A stretch of 64,000 nt of DNA. Origin: Takakia lepidozioides (taxonomy: Eukaryota > Plantae > Bryophyta). The translations under genes and the position numbers were made by a program. Below are positions 47,397 through 59,471 of this stretch, piece after piece; position 1 is the first letter of the stretch; each line of letters begins with the position of its first letter. The notes below the pieces were generated by a model. It was not told the DNA's origin. It was given only the letters and a program-made list of their open reading frames with translations, and made no database searches. The stretch covers positions 15,872,001 through 15,936,000 of the forward strand of contig CM060734.1 in the NCBI GenBank assembly GCA_030704615.1. The letters run 5' to 3'.

Positions 47397-48872
47397 GTAT
47401 AGCCCACCGACTTCTGGGCCCCGCAACCATACTACGTGCCGAACTTATGGCCATCTACGAAGCCCTCTCCCAGCTACACGCATTTCCCTCACCATAGTAC
47501 AATTTTACAGATGGCTTAACTTTGCTCCTTCTCCTGCGAAACCACATAGCCAGCCCATCCTCCTACCATCACCACCCAGATCGTAATCTTATCTCAGCAA
47601 TCATCACTTTAGCCATCTCAATCAACCAACCCATTCAATTTCTTAAAGTACGCTCACATACCGGAATCAACGGGAATGAGGAGGCTGACCTCCTTGCCCA
47701 ACTAGGGGCCTCCAAAGGTCCCCAGTAGAACCCTCCACAGACCTCATCCACACTGCACATACGCACCCTTTCTGGCTAATACATCCAATTCCAAGCCCCC
47801 CCAAACCTAAACCTATTCGTAAACTCCGCTCTACTCTCTCTAAAGAAGCCAACAAACAAGCCACTACATCTCTCAGTCACACCAAACAACATATCCAGAA
47901 ATGGACACACTCCACAGTACTCCATCATAAACTGTTCAACCACTTCTGGCACACTAAAGTCGTTTCCGACGCACAAATCAAACAAACGCTTAAGTTTAGA
48001 TTCGCCCAGTATATTGGGCACCAATTTAAGCATACCTTCTGGCCAACCATTTTTACATCCCCACACTGCCCCCTGTGCTCCCATATACATGCAGTACCTG
48101 ACACTTGGCCACATATCCTCAGTAAATGCCCCCACCCAGTCTTGCATGGCCTTCGTATCGCCAGGCACAATCAAGTTGTATGACACATCCACAAACTATT
48201 ACAACGACATAAAGAAACCATATGGTTCTCACTCATCAATGCTGGCACTTATCAAGGTAGACCCCCAGACCATACAGTACCATCCTGGCTATTACCTTGT
48301 ATTTGCCAAACCCATGCTATATGCACATGTCCCGTTAGGCTCTGCCCGGACATCCTCTTAGTTCAGGGACTTCCTACCAACGCCCTTCCACCCTCTACTC
48401 CTACCCCACCACTAATCATACACTTCATCAAATTTACGTACTGCCACGACCGCTTCACGCACACCTCCATTCTCGAAAAGCGCCAGAAATACGCTCCGCT
48501 TATCCTTGCTATTCGCCGACGAGGGTGGGCCACGGGCCCACTCTCCGTCATCTCTGCCGGCACAAGAGAGGGCATACACAATGACAGTATCTCAACACTC
48601 AAGATAACTTTAAAATCCCCACCACCTCCATCCATACATGCTTTAAAGACATCCACCTTACGACACTTCGCTCTCTCATAGCCATCATGACCAATAAGCG
48701 AAAACTCGAATCCACCCCATCTCAGGTACCCCAGGGTACCCTTGGGTATCCTAGGTACCTAGAGGTACCTCATACCCCCCTTACTTGGTGTCCCCTGGAC
48801 ACCTGTCAAATTTATATAGGGCCCACCCTCGAAAGGGGGCAATAGCCGCTAGTTACGCCGGCCTCGGCCGGA
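47397..48872 (+). mobile_element. Non-LTR retrotransposon 3' fragment of the same family: RNase H, CCHC finger, restriction-like endonuclease
   Basis: RNase H half nearly the same peptide as in 42330..43361; manual translation: CPLCSHIHAVPDTWPHILSKC (48067), RIARHNQ, RLCPDILLVQG, IHFIKFTYCHD, EKRQKY. Confidence 0.88.
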
Positions 48873-49203
48873 GTCTTCTCTCTTCATCCAAGTCCAACCT
48901 GACATGCATATGAAATTTGTTGCACGGGAGCCTCAAGTCAAATTTGATGTTGTCCAGGTCCATTCAGAGCAATATATATCCAATTTTGGCAGTACAATGT
49001 TATTAATACCTCATCCAACATGGGTAGGATGCTCTGTGTGGGACATTTAATAGATCATTCATTATGTATGCTGGGAATAGTGTGGTCTGCTCTGTAAATT
49101 GTTGGACATCAAACTACCTTACTGAAATGAGGTGTTCCAGGTGAATACCCTTGAAAGTAACACAAAGCATCAAATTTACGGACTAACTGCGCTATTTGTG
49201 CAG

Positions 49204-49820
49204 GTAAAGGAATTGAAAACCCAGGGCAGGACAGCCCATTATAATCTTCATGTTGGCAAGTATGCTGGCTCTTCTACAAAGACAAGCACTCCCATACAAC
49301 TTATGCTTGACCATTATGACACCGCCGCTTGTGATCAACTAGGGCAGTTGAAGGTGCCATGCTTCACATTTGGGCCCTCGGGCTTTGTCAGTCTTCCCAA
49401 TAGTGGGCAGATGGTAAACTATGTCTGCAGAATGAGAGCTCCAAAGCGTGTCAAATCAATAGTGAGACTGGAGGCAATGGCCCAAACACTTTGTAGCCGT
49501 ACTGTTCACTACTTTGATCTGAAAGAAGGATATCAAGAAGTACGGGCATCACTGGGTGACGTTGTTGTTCATCACTACAAGTACCAGGTAATCTATGAAA
49601 GTATCTTATAAAAGGTAGCATGCAAAATTTTGGTTGCTACATATATGCATTTCTCATCTTATCCTCATGTCTCTAGTCTTCCTTCTTGTGAGGCTTTTCC
49701 CCTCAGAAACCTTTTCCCACAGGTTTGGGAGGATTTCGAAAGTAAATTTGTTCAACGCGCAGCTACATTCATTTCTGATTGGGGGGAGGAGAGAAATATG
49801 GCGACCATTGATAGGACTGA
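49204..49820 (+). pseudogene. Glycosyltransferase family 92 (DUF23) C-terminal fragment, two exons
   Basis: CFTFGPSG...YVCRMRAPKRVKSIVR...HYFDLKEGY...HHYKYQ|VWEDFESKFVQRAATFISDW; intron 49588-49722 (GT..AG); cut off by TE sequence on both sides. Confidence 0.8.
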
Positions 49821-51284
49821 TATCAATGAGGTGAGACTACCCAGGCATAGAACACCAGTCCCTTTGCCTGTTTCAGATGCCACTGGTGGGTCAAAGACAT
49901 GATCAAATAGGGGCTCCGGCCCTGCTACACCAAACAGTGAAAGAGTTGTTCCCAGAACACCATGGAACGTTGATGGAGGTACGAAATCCATGATTCTCAA
50001 CCATTTCTATAAAGGGAGAATTTCATTGTCACCTATGGATCTGATTATGTCTGTACCAGGAGAATTGGAGAAACTGAAGGGTCTTGTTAAAGTGGTGGAA
50101 AAGGTTGTACATCAGCAAAAGGAGGCGACAAATGTGGTAACAACAACAAAGCTGACACCAGGTGTTCAGCCAACAACTACTGCTGCACTTGTGGCAGGTC
50201 CTAAAAAGAAGTCTCGAGCTGAGGTGGCATATACACATTCAGGCAAGGTCAAGGCCTTACATGCCATGGTTTCTATTGGTGGACATAAAGTCTTGGGCAG
50301 GTGGATACTGGAGCCATGTTATCTGTTATGGCTGTCAGCACTGTCAGAGATTTGGGTTTGATGGGATCAGTGGTGAGTGATAAAGACATGACTTACAGGG
50401 TGGCCTCAGGTGTTGTAAAGATAGCCATGGGTAGACTTGAAGATCTCAAGGTCACTGTAGGGGAACTCACCAACAGATTGTTGATACTGATACCTACCAC
50501 GTGCTGCTGGGACTTGACTTTTTAAAGACGTTTGGGGCTGTGGTTGACACTGAGAATGAGACCATCAGAATTCGATATGGGCCAGGCAAGGATGTGACAC
50601 ACTTTCCACTACACTGTCAATCAGTGTGAGCCAGATTACAGGGCAGCTGCAGGTTTAACGAGCTGCTCTAATGAAGAGAATCACAAATCTGGTGTTGAGG
50701 AGGAGGGCATCATGAGCATCACCAGCTCTCCCAACCTAGTGGAGGTGGAATCTGATACAAGTGAAGAGACTACCACCAGTGACGACTCAAAATCTGATGA
50801 TGAGGAGTGGCACAACACCTCTGGAGATGATTTGCTAGATGATTGGGATGTGCCACAAGGAGAGAAAGAGCTGAACAAGGCCATAGATGTGACATAAGGC
50901 ACTGAAGAGGTGTTGGAGGATCAAGGTTTAACAAGTCTCTTTGATGAAGAAATTGCAAAAGGAATGGCCTCATCCATTGTTCATGAGGCACATGCCAAGG
51001 CTTGGGAAGGAGAGCTTGTCAATTCTGCATTTGACATTGAGGATGATTTCTATGATTGGAACATGATTACCTCTAGAGAATAGAGGATGCAAATGGAGGC
51101 TCACATCTTCACTGTTAATAGCCTGGAATCAGAAGAAGAGGACGAGGCTGAGGTGAGATGGCAGAGTCTGAAAACCAGACTTCCGTTCAGCCAGCAACTT
51201 TCATCTGAGCAAAGGGCTGGGCTGGAGAAGCTGCTCAGGAGGAAACAACACTGTTTTGCCCTGTCAAAGGCTGACGAGCCCTGA
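49821..51284 (+). mobile_element. Degenerate Ty3/Gypsy fragment (gag end, protease, acidic linker, pre-RT region)
   Basis: VDTGAMLSVMA and LLGLDFLKTFGAVVD (aspartic protease); LEKLLRRKQHCFALS resembles FLRAYRNCFAFS of the 62-kb element. Confidence 0.75.
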
Positions 51285-51989
51285 GCGCGCACGGTCAGGG
51301 TGATGGCATATTAGTCTAGGGGGGTCGTGGTAAGTTGCGGTGTAGGTTGGGCTCACTGAACCGCCTACCTGACTGCGGTTAGTGCAGGGGGTTTGTGGTC
51401 GTACCATGGTGGCTATGATCACTATCTAAGTTCTACCGGCAAAGAGAAATCATGTACTCCTCTTCACAGGGCGAGTTTGTGTTTCTAAGTCCTACGGTAT
51501 CCTACAATCTACTCAGTAATTGCCTTCCAAGTCATTGTGTTTTATTGTCTAATTCCTACCGCCTAGGCCCCCGAGCCGCCTATAGCCGGGACATGTTTTA
51601 ATCCCTTCACAAGGCACCTGCCGAGCCTACGAAGAAGAGGGAAAATCTTCCTCTCCCAATGCCCCTCCTTCGCCAAGTGCTCGAGTTCAAGTCACCTCTA
51701 ATGGAAGGGCCAACGCTTCCTACTCCAGTGCCTAAATACTTTGTTTTAGCAAAGGAGTGGCCAAAATGCCTATCGTCATCCAATAAGTTCACCAAGTTCA
51801 ATAAGGTGGTTCTAAGCCCCTCAACTCAATAAGTTCAATCAGTTTAATCAACACCCTTCAGGCTATAACGTGCACCACGTGCATCTATCCTATTTAAGCA
51901 ATTTCGCAACTCAGAAATGCTGGAAAATAAAAGAAATTAAGAAAATCAGAAAAAAAAAAATACCTCCCATATGGGAAATCATGTGGGGA

Positions 51990-52799
51990 ATCCAAAGAGA
52001 TAGAAGGGGCCTGGGTTCTTACAACCCCAGTTCTGAGGAGATGGATCATTGGTTCTCATTTATGCAAAACCGCTGTATGACGGAGGCCATGCCAATCTTT
52101 GGTCAATCTTCAAACCTTTCATTGACCTGGACCAATAACAGAACACTTGCAGATCTCTGCATAGCACGCCTTGACAGAGCTTATGTTTCTCCGGATTTGG
52201 TTCAACTCTCTAGAAGGCTTCCTCAGGAACCCATTCCTCTCGGGTTTGACCATGCCACAATCTCCCCTTCAATCCAATTCCCTGACTCTCAACGTCGTGG
52301 CAGAGGCATGTTTAAGATCAATAGCTTACTGTTGAAATTACCATCCTTCAAACTAGGACTTCTGCAAGCCTGGACTCGGGCTGGGGTAGACAATCAGAAT
52401 CCGACTGAAAGATTTCTAGCTAAACTCAAAGTTGTCAACGTGGAGAGCCAAAAAATAAGTTTAGCCCTTTCTCTTATCAGGAAAAGGAAGGTAGCTGGCC
52501 TAACAAAATGCCTGAAAGTCTGTGAATCCAGACTGGAGTCTACCCATTGCAACGAATTCACATACCATACGTATGTCCAGGCCAGATGTAACCTTGATAT
52601 CCATCACAAAATTCAAGAAAGGAAGCTCAAACTGCAAGTTGGGGTTAATTGGTCTACCAAGGGTGAAAAGATGACAAAATACTTCTTCGACAAGACCAGA
52701 CTACATAGGGCATCTCAAACCATCACAGAACTGATTGACCAGCCTTCTGGCCTGTCTGCCACCACCCCCAAAGGAGGGCTGAAAATCCATGAGCAGTGA
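51990..52799 (+). mobile_element. L1-clade LINE ORF2 fragment (APE endonuclease C-terminus plus linker)
   Basis: LTWTN...ARLDRAYVS...FDHATI...FKINSLLL...WSTKGEKMTKYFF. Confidence 0.85.
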
Positions 52800-53242
52800 G
52801 CAGTGAGCAGTGACACCAAACCTTCCTCGAACCTATGCTGAACCTGTCTTAAGGTTCGGGACAGGTTCGGGATTCCAGATTCCGATTTTGATTCGGGGTT
52901 CGGTGGAGGAGATTCCGAATCCCATTTTGAAATATGCTTTGTAATGGATAAGAACATTAAGTACTTACTATAGTAGGTACTTACCACAGCACATATTTCC
53001 GTCTGTTAGGTTCGGCGCCGAACCTGACGAGAAAAATGAGAACCCCAAAAATTCAAAACATCTTTAAAGTTTTTTAATTATTATTTTAATATTGAACGTC
53101 CAAACAGCCTCGAGATGGATCTCCATAAAATTTAAAACTATATGCCAACATGATCCATCGCAACGACCTCAGATGAAATGAGCAAATCAGGGGAGAGAAA
53201 TAGAGGTTAAGAGTACCAAAATGAAATTTATAGCAAACATGA

Positions 53243-53593
53243 TTGATAGAAGGGAGGAATGTTCGGTGCCGAACACTTCAACTCCTACAAAATTACTCAA
53301 AAGATGTTCCACGGGGAGCACTTAGAGATAATAATGTCCTGGGAGCAAACTACTGCATGATAGGAGAGAGGAATGTTCGGCGCCGAACACTTCAACTCCT
53401 ACAAAATTACACAAAAGATGTACCACGTGGAGAACTCAGAGATAATAACGTCCTGGGAGGGGCAAAATACTGCATGATTGGAGGGAGGAATGTTCGGCGC
53501 CGAACACTTCAACTCCTACAAAATTACTCAATAGATGTTCCACGCGGAGCACTCAGAGATAATAATGTTCTGGGAGGGGCAAAATACTGCATG
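53243..53593. repeat. ~115-bp tandem repeat x3 containing palindrome GTTCGGCGCCGAAC
   Basis: Units at ~53258, 53372, 53489; the same palindrome is at ~53010 and ~39410; adjoins a GGTTCG/CGAACC-rich stretch (52808-53030) that may be a DNA-transposon end. Confidence 0.88.
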
Positions 53594-53966
53594 ATCCCCA
53601 TATCCTAAATAGTGAAAATGCACCAACAACTCTGATCACAGATACAATGGAGTTGGGTCCCTGACTAGCAACTTGGCAACCTCGTTCAGTGTCAGAGAAG
53701 GCTGGTGTATCATATCCCAGTCCCCACGACAATCAAGCCTGCTGAGGAAATAATATAGATGCTTGCACGGAGTATAGGATCCTCGAGCTTTCTTCATGGA
53801 ATCGAAGTCCGGACAAGTGCACTAAGGGAATTTGCCAACAGTAACATTGTACACAATGTTATGCTCGGAAGATCCGGGAGTCCTCAAAGTGTAAACCCTC
53901 CCCAACCCTGGTGCAAGGACATCTGTAAACCCTGTGACTTGCCCATGAAGCATATCTGCGCTCCGC

Positions 53967-54850
53967 CACTAGAAGGAAAACGCGGAATAACCACTCTATT
54001 AACCACTCATTTTGAGTGGTAAAAGACACTAAACCACTCTGGCCCCATAGTGATGAAGAACCAGTGGATTAGGACAAGTGAGTGGTAAAAGACATTACGT
54101 GGCATCAGTGGTTAAGGATAGTGGTTCGAACCACTCACGTCCGGGTCCACCTGTTCGCTGACATATCACAGTGTTAAATTAACCACTGTGACATATAAAC
54201 TCACCACTGTGACATGTCAATGACGTGTCACTGAGATAAACCAACCACTTCTGACGTGTCACAGTGGTAAAGTAACCACTTCCGTTTTCCAGTGGACACG
54301 TGGAAGTCGGTGGTCCGTGGATGATATTGGAGATTATGTTGACATGTGGCGACACTCTCAGCATGGACACGTGTCATGTGTTGGTGCTACAAAATGGATG
54401 GAGTGAAAAATTCAATGACTTCCGAAACCACTTGTTGAGTGATCGCGAAATGACTCACAAAGTCATTCTATGAAAACTGAGAATATACAATATCACTCAA
54501 ACCGTGGTTATGTGAGTGGATGACATCTCTCAGCAGGTCATTGGAATGATTACCCACATAGTGGTATGTAAGATGTTTGAATCATCCATGGTGTCTCTCT
54601 GAGTGGGAACTATGGATTGGAATGATTACTAACAGAGGGTGTGTAAGTGATTAGGAATACCACTGGAGGAATTCATACCACTAATACAGTAATATATAGG
54701 TGATTACTTATACCACTACAGGAGTGGTAATGGAGGCAATTGTGTGTATTTGGCTACTCTTACAGTTTTAAATTATACCACTATTACAGTGGCGGGCAAG
54801 TGATTAGGAACATGACTAGAGGAACACATACCACTAGTGTAGTGAAAGAA
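53967..54850. mobile_element. CACTA (EnSpm) transposon end with subterminal repeats
   Basis: Starts CACTAGAAGGAAAA, followed by many ACCACT/AGTGGT motifs in both orientations; matching other end not found. Confidence 0.65.
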
Positions 54851-55339
54851 GTACCATTGGGGATTCAAGCTCCACAAATAAAATAGAATCCTAGAGAGTA
54901 AGTGCTGGAACGCTGTCAACAAAATCCAGCCATGATAAAAGTCTGAGCCTAACTTCTACACGGCGTCTCCGCATGCATGCTAGGAACACTGAACTGCTTT
55001 CTTGCCTTCTTCTCATTGCCAGCAATGTCTACGCCCGGGCGAACGAAATTGTAAGCCCTCTTCATGTTCTTCTCTGGCCAGGGCTGCCAGGCTCACATTT
55101 GATGTAGATGTACACCAGGGGAAAGTTCAGAATGACATCTGGTACAATTCCAGCTTTGATAATGTCACCATGAACCTCTTTGCCCCTTCCCAGGGCTCCT
55201 AGGCTCCCATATGCATATTACAAACACAAATGAACATGATTTGGTCTTGCTTCATCCCTTCCCACATTATTTGCTCCTAGGTTTCCAAAGCCTTAATCCC
55301 ATATCCATGCTGCACATCAGAAGCTGTGGTCATGGTTGA

Positions 55340-58310
55340 GGTGCCTGATTTTATCAACTGTGCTGCTGCAGCTGCTACCTTTAGTTGACCATCTACCCAT
55401 GCAGCAGGTTTCTTGTAGCTATTGATCCACATGGAATCATAGGTAATTTGGAGCTTGAAGTCCGACCCTCTTGGATGAATCTGGGCCCAGACTCTATCCC
55501 TGCTCCTTCAGCTATCCATGCCGCTGCACAAATCATGCATACATCTTTGCCTTACTGCTAGTACCTGACAATAACAGCCTAGATTTGTTCTAGGAAATAC
55601 CCAACTCAACTTATCACTATGGTCAATTGCATCTGCTACTCTCTGTAATCCAACAGGCATTCACCTTTTTGCCTCGATTGTCCCACCATGGACTGGGGTC
55701 AGAAAAATATTCATTCCACAGCTTCTCATTGTCTAAGCTGTTACTTGTTTCTGGATACTTCCCTGTTGTCACATTGGCAGTACCATGTCAAAGTCACTCC
55801 AAACTATCAAAGGTTCACTCAACCAGCTAACTTGCAGAATTCAACATGAAAATTTAGGGCCAATTCTGATAAGAGGGAAAAACAGGGTGAAAATGTATTG
55901 AAGAAGGTGCCTTCATTAGCAGTGCCTGATTTTATCAATTGTGCCGCTGTTGCTGCGGCTTCCAGTTGACCATCTACCCATGCAGGTTTCTTGCAGCTAT
56001 TGATCCACAGGGAATTATCGGTAATCGTGAGCTTGAAGTCCCGCCCTCTTGGATGAATCTGGACCGGCCAGACTCTACCCCTGCTCCCTCAGCTATCCAA
56101 ACTCTACACAAATCATGCATACATCATTCCTTTGCTGCTAGCGGCTGACAATGACAGCCTACAATTGTTCCAGCAAATACCCAACCCTACTTATCACCCA
56201 TGCAGAATTCAACATGCATCTCAAGGCCAAGTCTGATGAGAGGGCAAAACAGGCTGAAACGTGCCCTCACCACATTGTCCTTGACCCATGGAGGATTTGA
56301 CCGACCATCAACCCAAAAGGACCTCTTGTGTGTGTTGTTTGTCTGTAGTCAAGTAATGTCGGATTGGTCTGTGAGAACCACCACGGTGCAGTTGAGCAGG
56401 CAGAGATTGAAACATGGCCTGCTAAGACCTGTAAGCTGACTCTCCCAAGAACCTTGTAAACATTAGGAAGAATACCAAATCATGGTACTCACAGGAGTCA
56501 CGAGCCCACCTTTGCAGGATGGACGAACTTCTTCACATCGTACATTAAGAAAAGCCACACCTGGTGATTGCGGTTGTCCCACCATCGTGAAAGATCGGTA
56601 TAAAACCCATGCAACCTCACATCACGAACGAGCTAACTTGCATAATTCTACATGAAAATTTAGGGACTACTCTGGTAATAGGGAAAAACAGGATGAAATG
56701 TGTTGAAGAAGGTACCTTCATGCTGCACGTTCAGCCATCTCCACATTGCCATGGATTCTGCAGGCACCAAGCAAGGCCTTCATTTTGCAAACATGTCGAC
56801 CTCTTTCCCCTTTTCCAGAGCTGCCAGGCAGTGTTCAGAATGACATTAGGTACAATTCCAGCTTTGAACAAGACACGGCCTGCTAAGACCAAGCTGACTC
56901 TCTCTCTTGCACCAACGAGCTAACTTACAGATTTCAATATGCATATCAAGCCCGAGTCTGATAAGAGGGCAAAACAGGCTGAAATAGGTTGAAGAAGAAG
57001 GTGCCCTCACGGCCTGCTAAGACCAAGCTGACTCTCTCTCTAGCACCAACGAGCTAACTTACAGAATTCAATATGCATATCAGGCCCGAGTCTGATAAGA
57101 GGGCAAAACAGGCTGAAATAGGTTGAAGAAGAAGGTGCCCTCACAGCCTGCTAAGACCAAGCTGACTCTCTCTCTTGCACCAACGAGCTAACTTAACAGA
57201 ATTCAATATGCATATCAGGCCTGAGTCTGATAAGAGGGCAAAACAGGCTGAAATAGGTTGAAGAAGAAGGTGCCCTCACAGCCTGCTAGGACCAAGCTGA
57301 CTCTCTCTCTTGCACCAACGAGCTAACTTACAGAATTCAATATGCATATCAGGCCCGAGTCTGATAAGAGGGCAAAACAGGCTGAAATAGGTTGAATCAG
57401 GAAATGAATCAGCGGGCTGCTAAGACCAAGCTGATTTCCCCAAGAACCTTGTAAACATCAAGAAGAATACCAAATCATGGTACTAATGGGAGCCAAAAGC
57501 CCACATTTGTAGGATGGACAAACTTCTTCACATCCTACATTAAGGAAAAGCCACACCTTGCGATTGCGATTGTCCCACCATCGGCAAGGATCGCTAAAAA
57601 ACTCATGCAAGCTCTGAAATAGGTCGAAGAAGAAGGTGCCCTCACCACATTGTCCTCGACCTTGTGTCATGACCCATGGAGGATTTAACTCCCCATGAAC
57701 CCAAACGGACCTCTTGTGTGTGCTGCTTGTGTCTTTAGTCTGGTAATGGCGGATTGGTCCATGAGAACCACCATGGTGCAGCTGAGCGAGTAGAGATTGA
57801 GACACAACCTTGAAACACGACCTGCTAAGACCAACCTGACTCTCCCAAGAACCTTGTAAACATCAGGAAGAATAGGAAATCATGGTACGTCTAATAGGAC
57901 CCAAGAGCCCGCATTTGCAGGATGGACAAACTTCTTCACATCGTACATTGAGAAAAAGCCCCACCTTGCGATCGCGATTTGTCCCACCATCGTGCATGCC
58001 TTCATGCCCCGATTCTAGGGCTTGAGTCCCTGTCTGCCCCCTATCCCACCAGCTCCGCTCGTCATTGTACATTGAGAAAAGCCACACCTTGCGATCGCGG
58101 TGTCCCACCATCATGCACGCCTTCATGCCCCGATTCTAGGTTGAGTCCCTGTCTGCCCCCTATCCCACCAGCTCCGCTCGTCATTGTACATTGAGAAAAA
58201 ACCACACCTTGCGATCGCGGTTGTCCCACCATCGTGCATACCTTCATGCCCCGATTCTAGGTCTTGAGTCCCTGTCTGCCCCTATCCCACCAGCTCCACC
58301 CGTCGTCTCT
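55340..58310. repeat. Complex repeat mosaic: ~280-bp dispersed duplication, ~134-bp x4 tandem (56877-57430), ~120-bp x3 tandem (57940-58300)
   Basis: 55340-55620 resembles 55922-56195; GCCTGCTAAGACCAAGCTGA at ~56878, 57012, 57146, 57281; GTACATTGAGAAAA at ~57943, 58067, 58186. Confidence 0.88.
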
Positions 58311-58524
58311 CATGATCAGACTCAACACTATAAGAAAACAAACACAGCTCTGTCATGTTTGTCTCTCACGATCAAACTCGACACAAAGAAAACAAACAGA
58401 CGCCACAGTGGCAGGGAAGACAAAAAAAACGCTAAGTCCCCTCTACTCATGACTGGATGGATGAACGATGGATGGATTTTGGGTTTTCCATCAACACACC
58501 CACTTCCCACAGAAGTAATACCAA

Positions 58525-59215
58525 TGTCGTGTGCATACATATCGCTACACAACTACATCGCTGTCCAAAAAACCACACATGTGCACGCCACACACTAGTA
58601 TACCACTAGTCCACCACTAGTCCAGCAACTAGTCCAACCACTAGGCTACAACTAGTCAGTCACTAGGCTGCCACTATGCTGCCCAATATGGCAGTCACTA
58701 GTCCACACAATGATAAAGAAGAAGAATACAAGCACAAGCTCATGCGAGCTCACAAAGCGAATAAACTCATGCATATATAACCTCATCACTCAAATACAAG
58801 TCAAGCCAAGTGCACCCCACGCCATGGGGAATCCACACTACGGCGCCATAGCTAGGCGCGGTGAGGCTCAACTCGAGAAAGATAAGCCCCGCGCTTGCCG
58901 TGAAGATAACCACTCCAGGGCCTAAAATCTGCCTTGACCCCCTGGATTGACACTTGGGCCAATCCCAAATGTCAATATGTAAAAGCTAGTTATTTCCTAG
59001 CTAGTTTCACACTAGTGGTAAAATAACTTGACAGCTGTCGTGCGCATACATATCGCTACACAACTACATTACTATCCAAAACCACACAACACATGTGCAC
59101 GCCACACACTAGTATACCACTAGTCTACCAGCCACTAGTCCAACCACTAGGCTACAACTAGTCAGTCACTAGGCTGCCACTATGCTGCCTATTATGGCAG
59201 TCACTAGTCCACACA
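58525..59215 (-). repeat. 3' LTR of the DNMT-Gypsy, with ~180-bp direct repeats at both ends (A-B-A')
   Basis: On - strand: PPT-like AGGGGGGTGAT then TGTGTGGAC...CACGACA; 59036-59215 resembles 58525-58709. Confidence 0.75.
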
Positions 59216-59471
59216 ATCACCCCCCTAGCTGGTGCTTAGGTCCCTCTAAGTCCAGGTAGCCATAAGATGTGATAGTGACCATAGCCTCACTAAGTCCTCC
59301 ACCACTGTTACTACACTCAAACTCGATAGATCAAGAGGCGGGTGCAAGAGTTGCCCCATCGTTAGTCGCCGTCTTGCAACCTGTGAACTTGAGCTTGGGA
59401 TATCGTGTATTGACTCCTATGAGCTTGGCCTCCCATGTCTTGTTAGCTGCCTCTAGTCATGTCCAGTGCCA

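Noticed and set aside
51270-51310. Possible hammerhead ribozyme (CTGACGAG followed by a CCCTGA/TCAGGG stem)
   Set aside because: No GAAA after the stem and no closing helices
51990-52799. APE fragment as the missing N-terminal endonuclease of the Dualen-like LINE
   Set aside because: It has L1-type linker motifs, lies downstream of the RLE fragment and is separated from it by unrelated sequence
53243-53608. 121-aa repetitive ORF
   Set aside because: It is the translation of a ~115-bp DNA tandem repeat; no domain evidence
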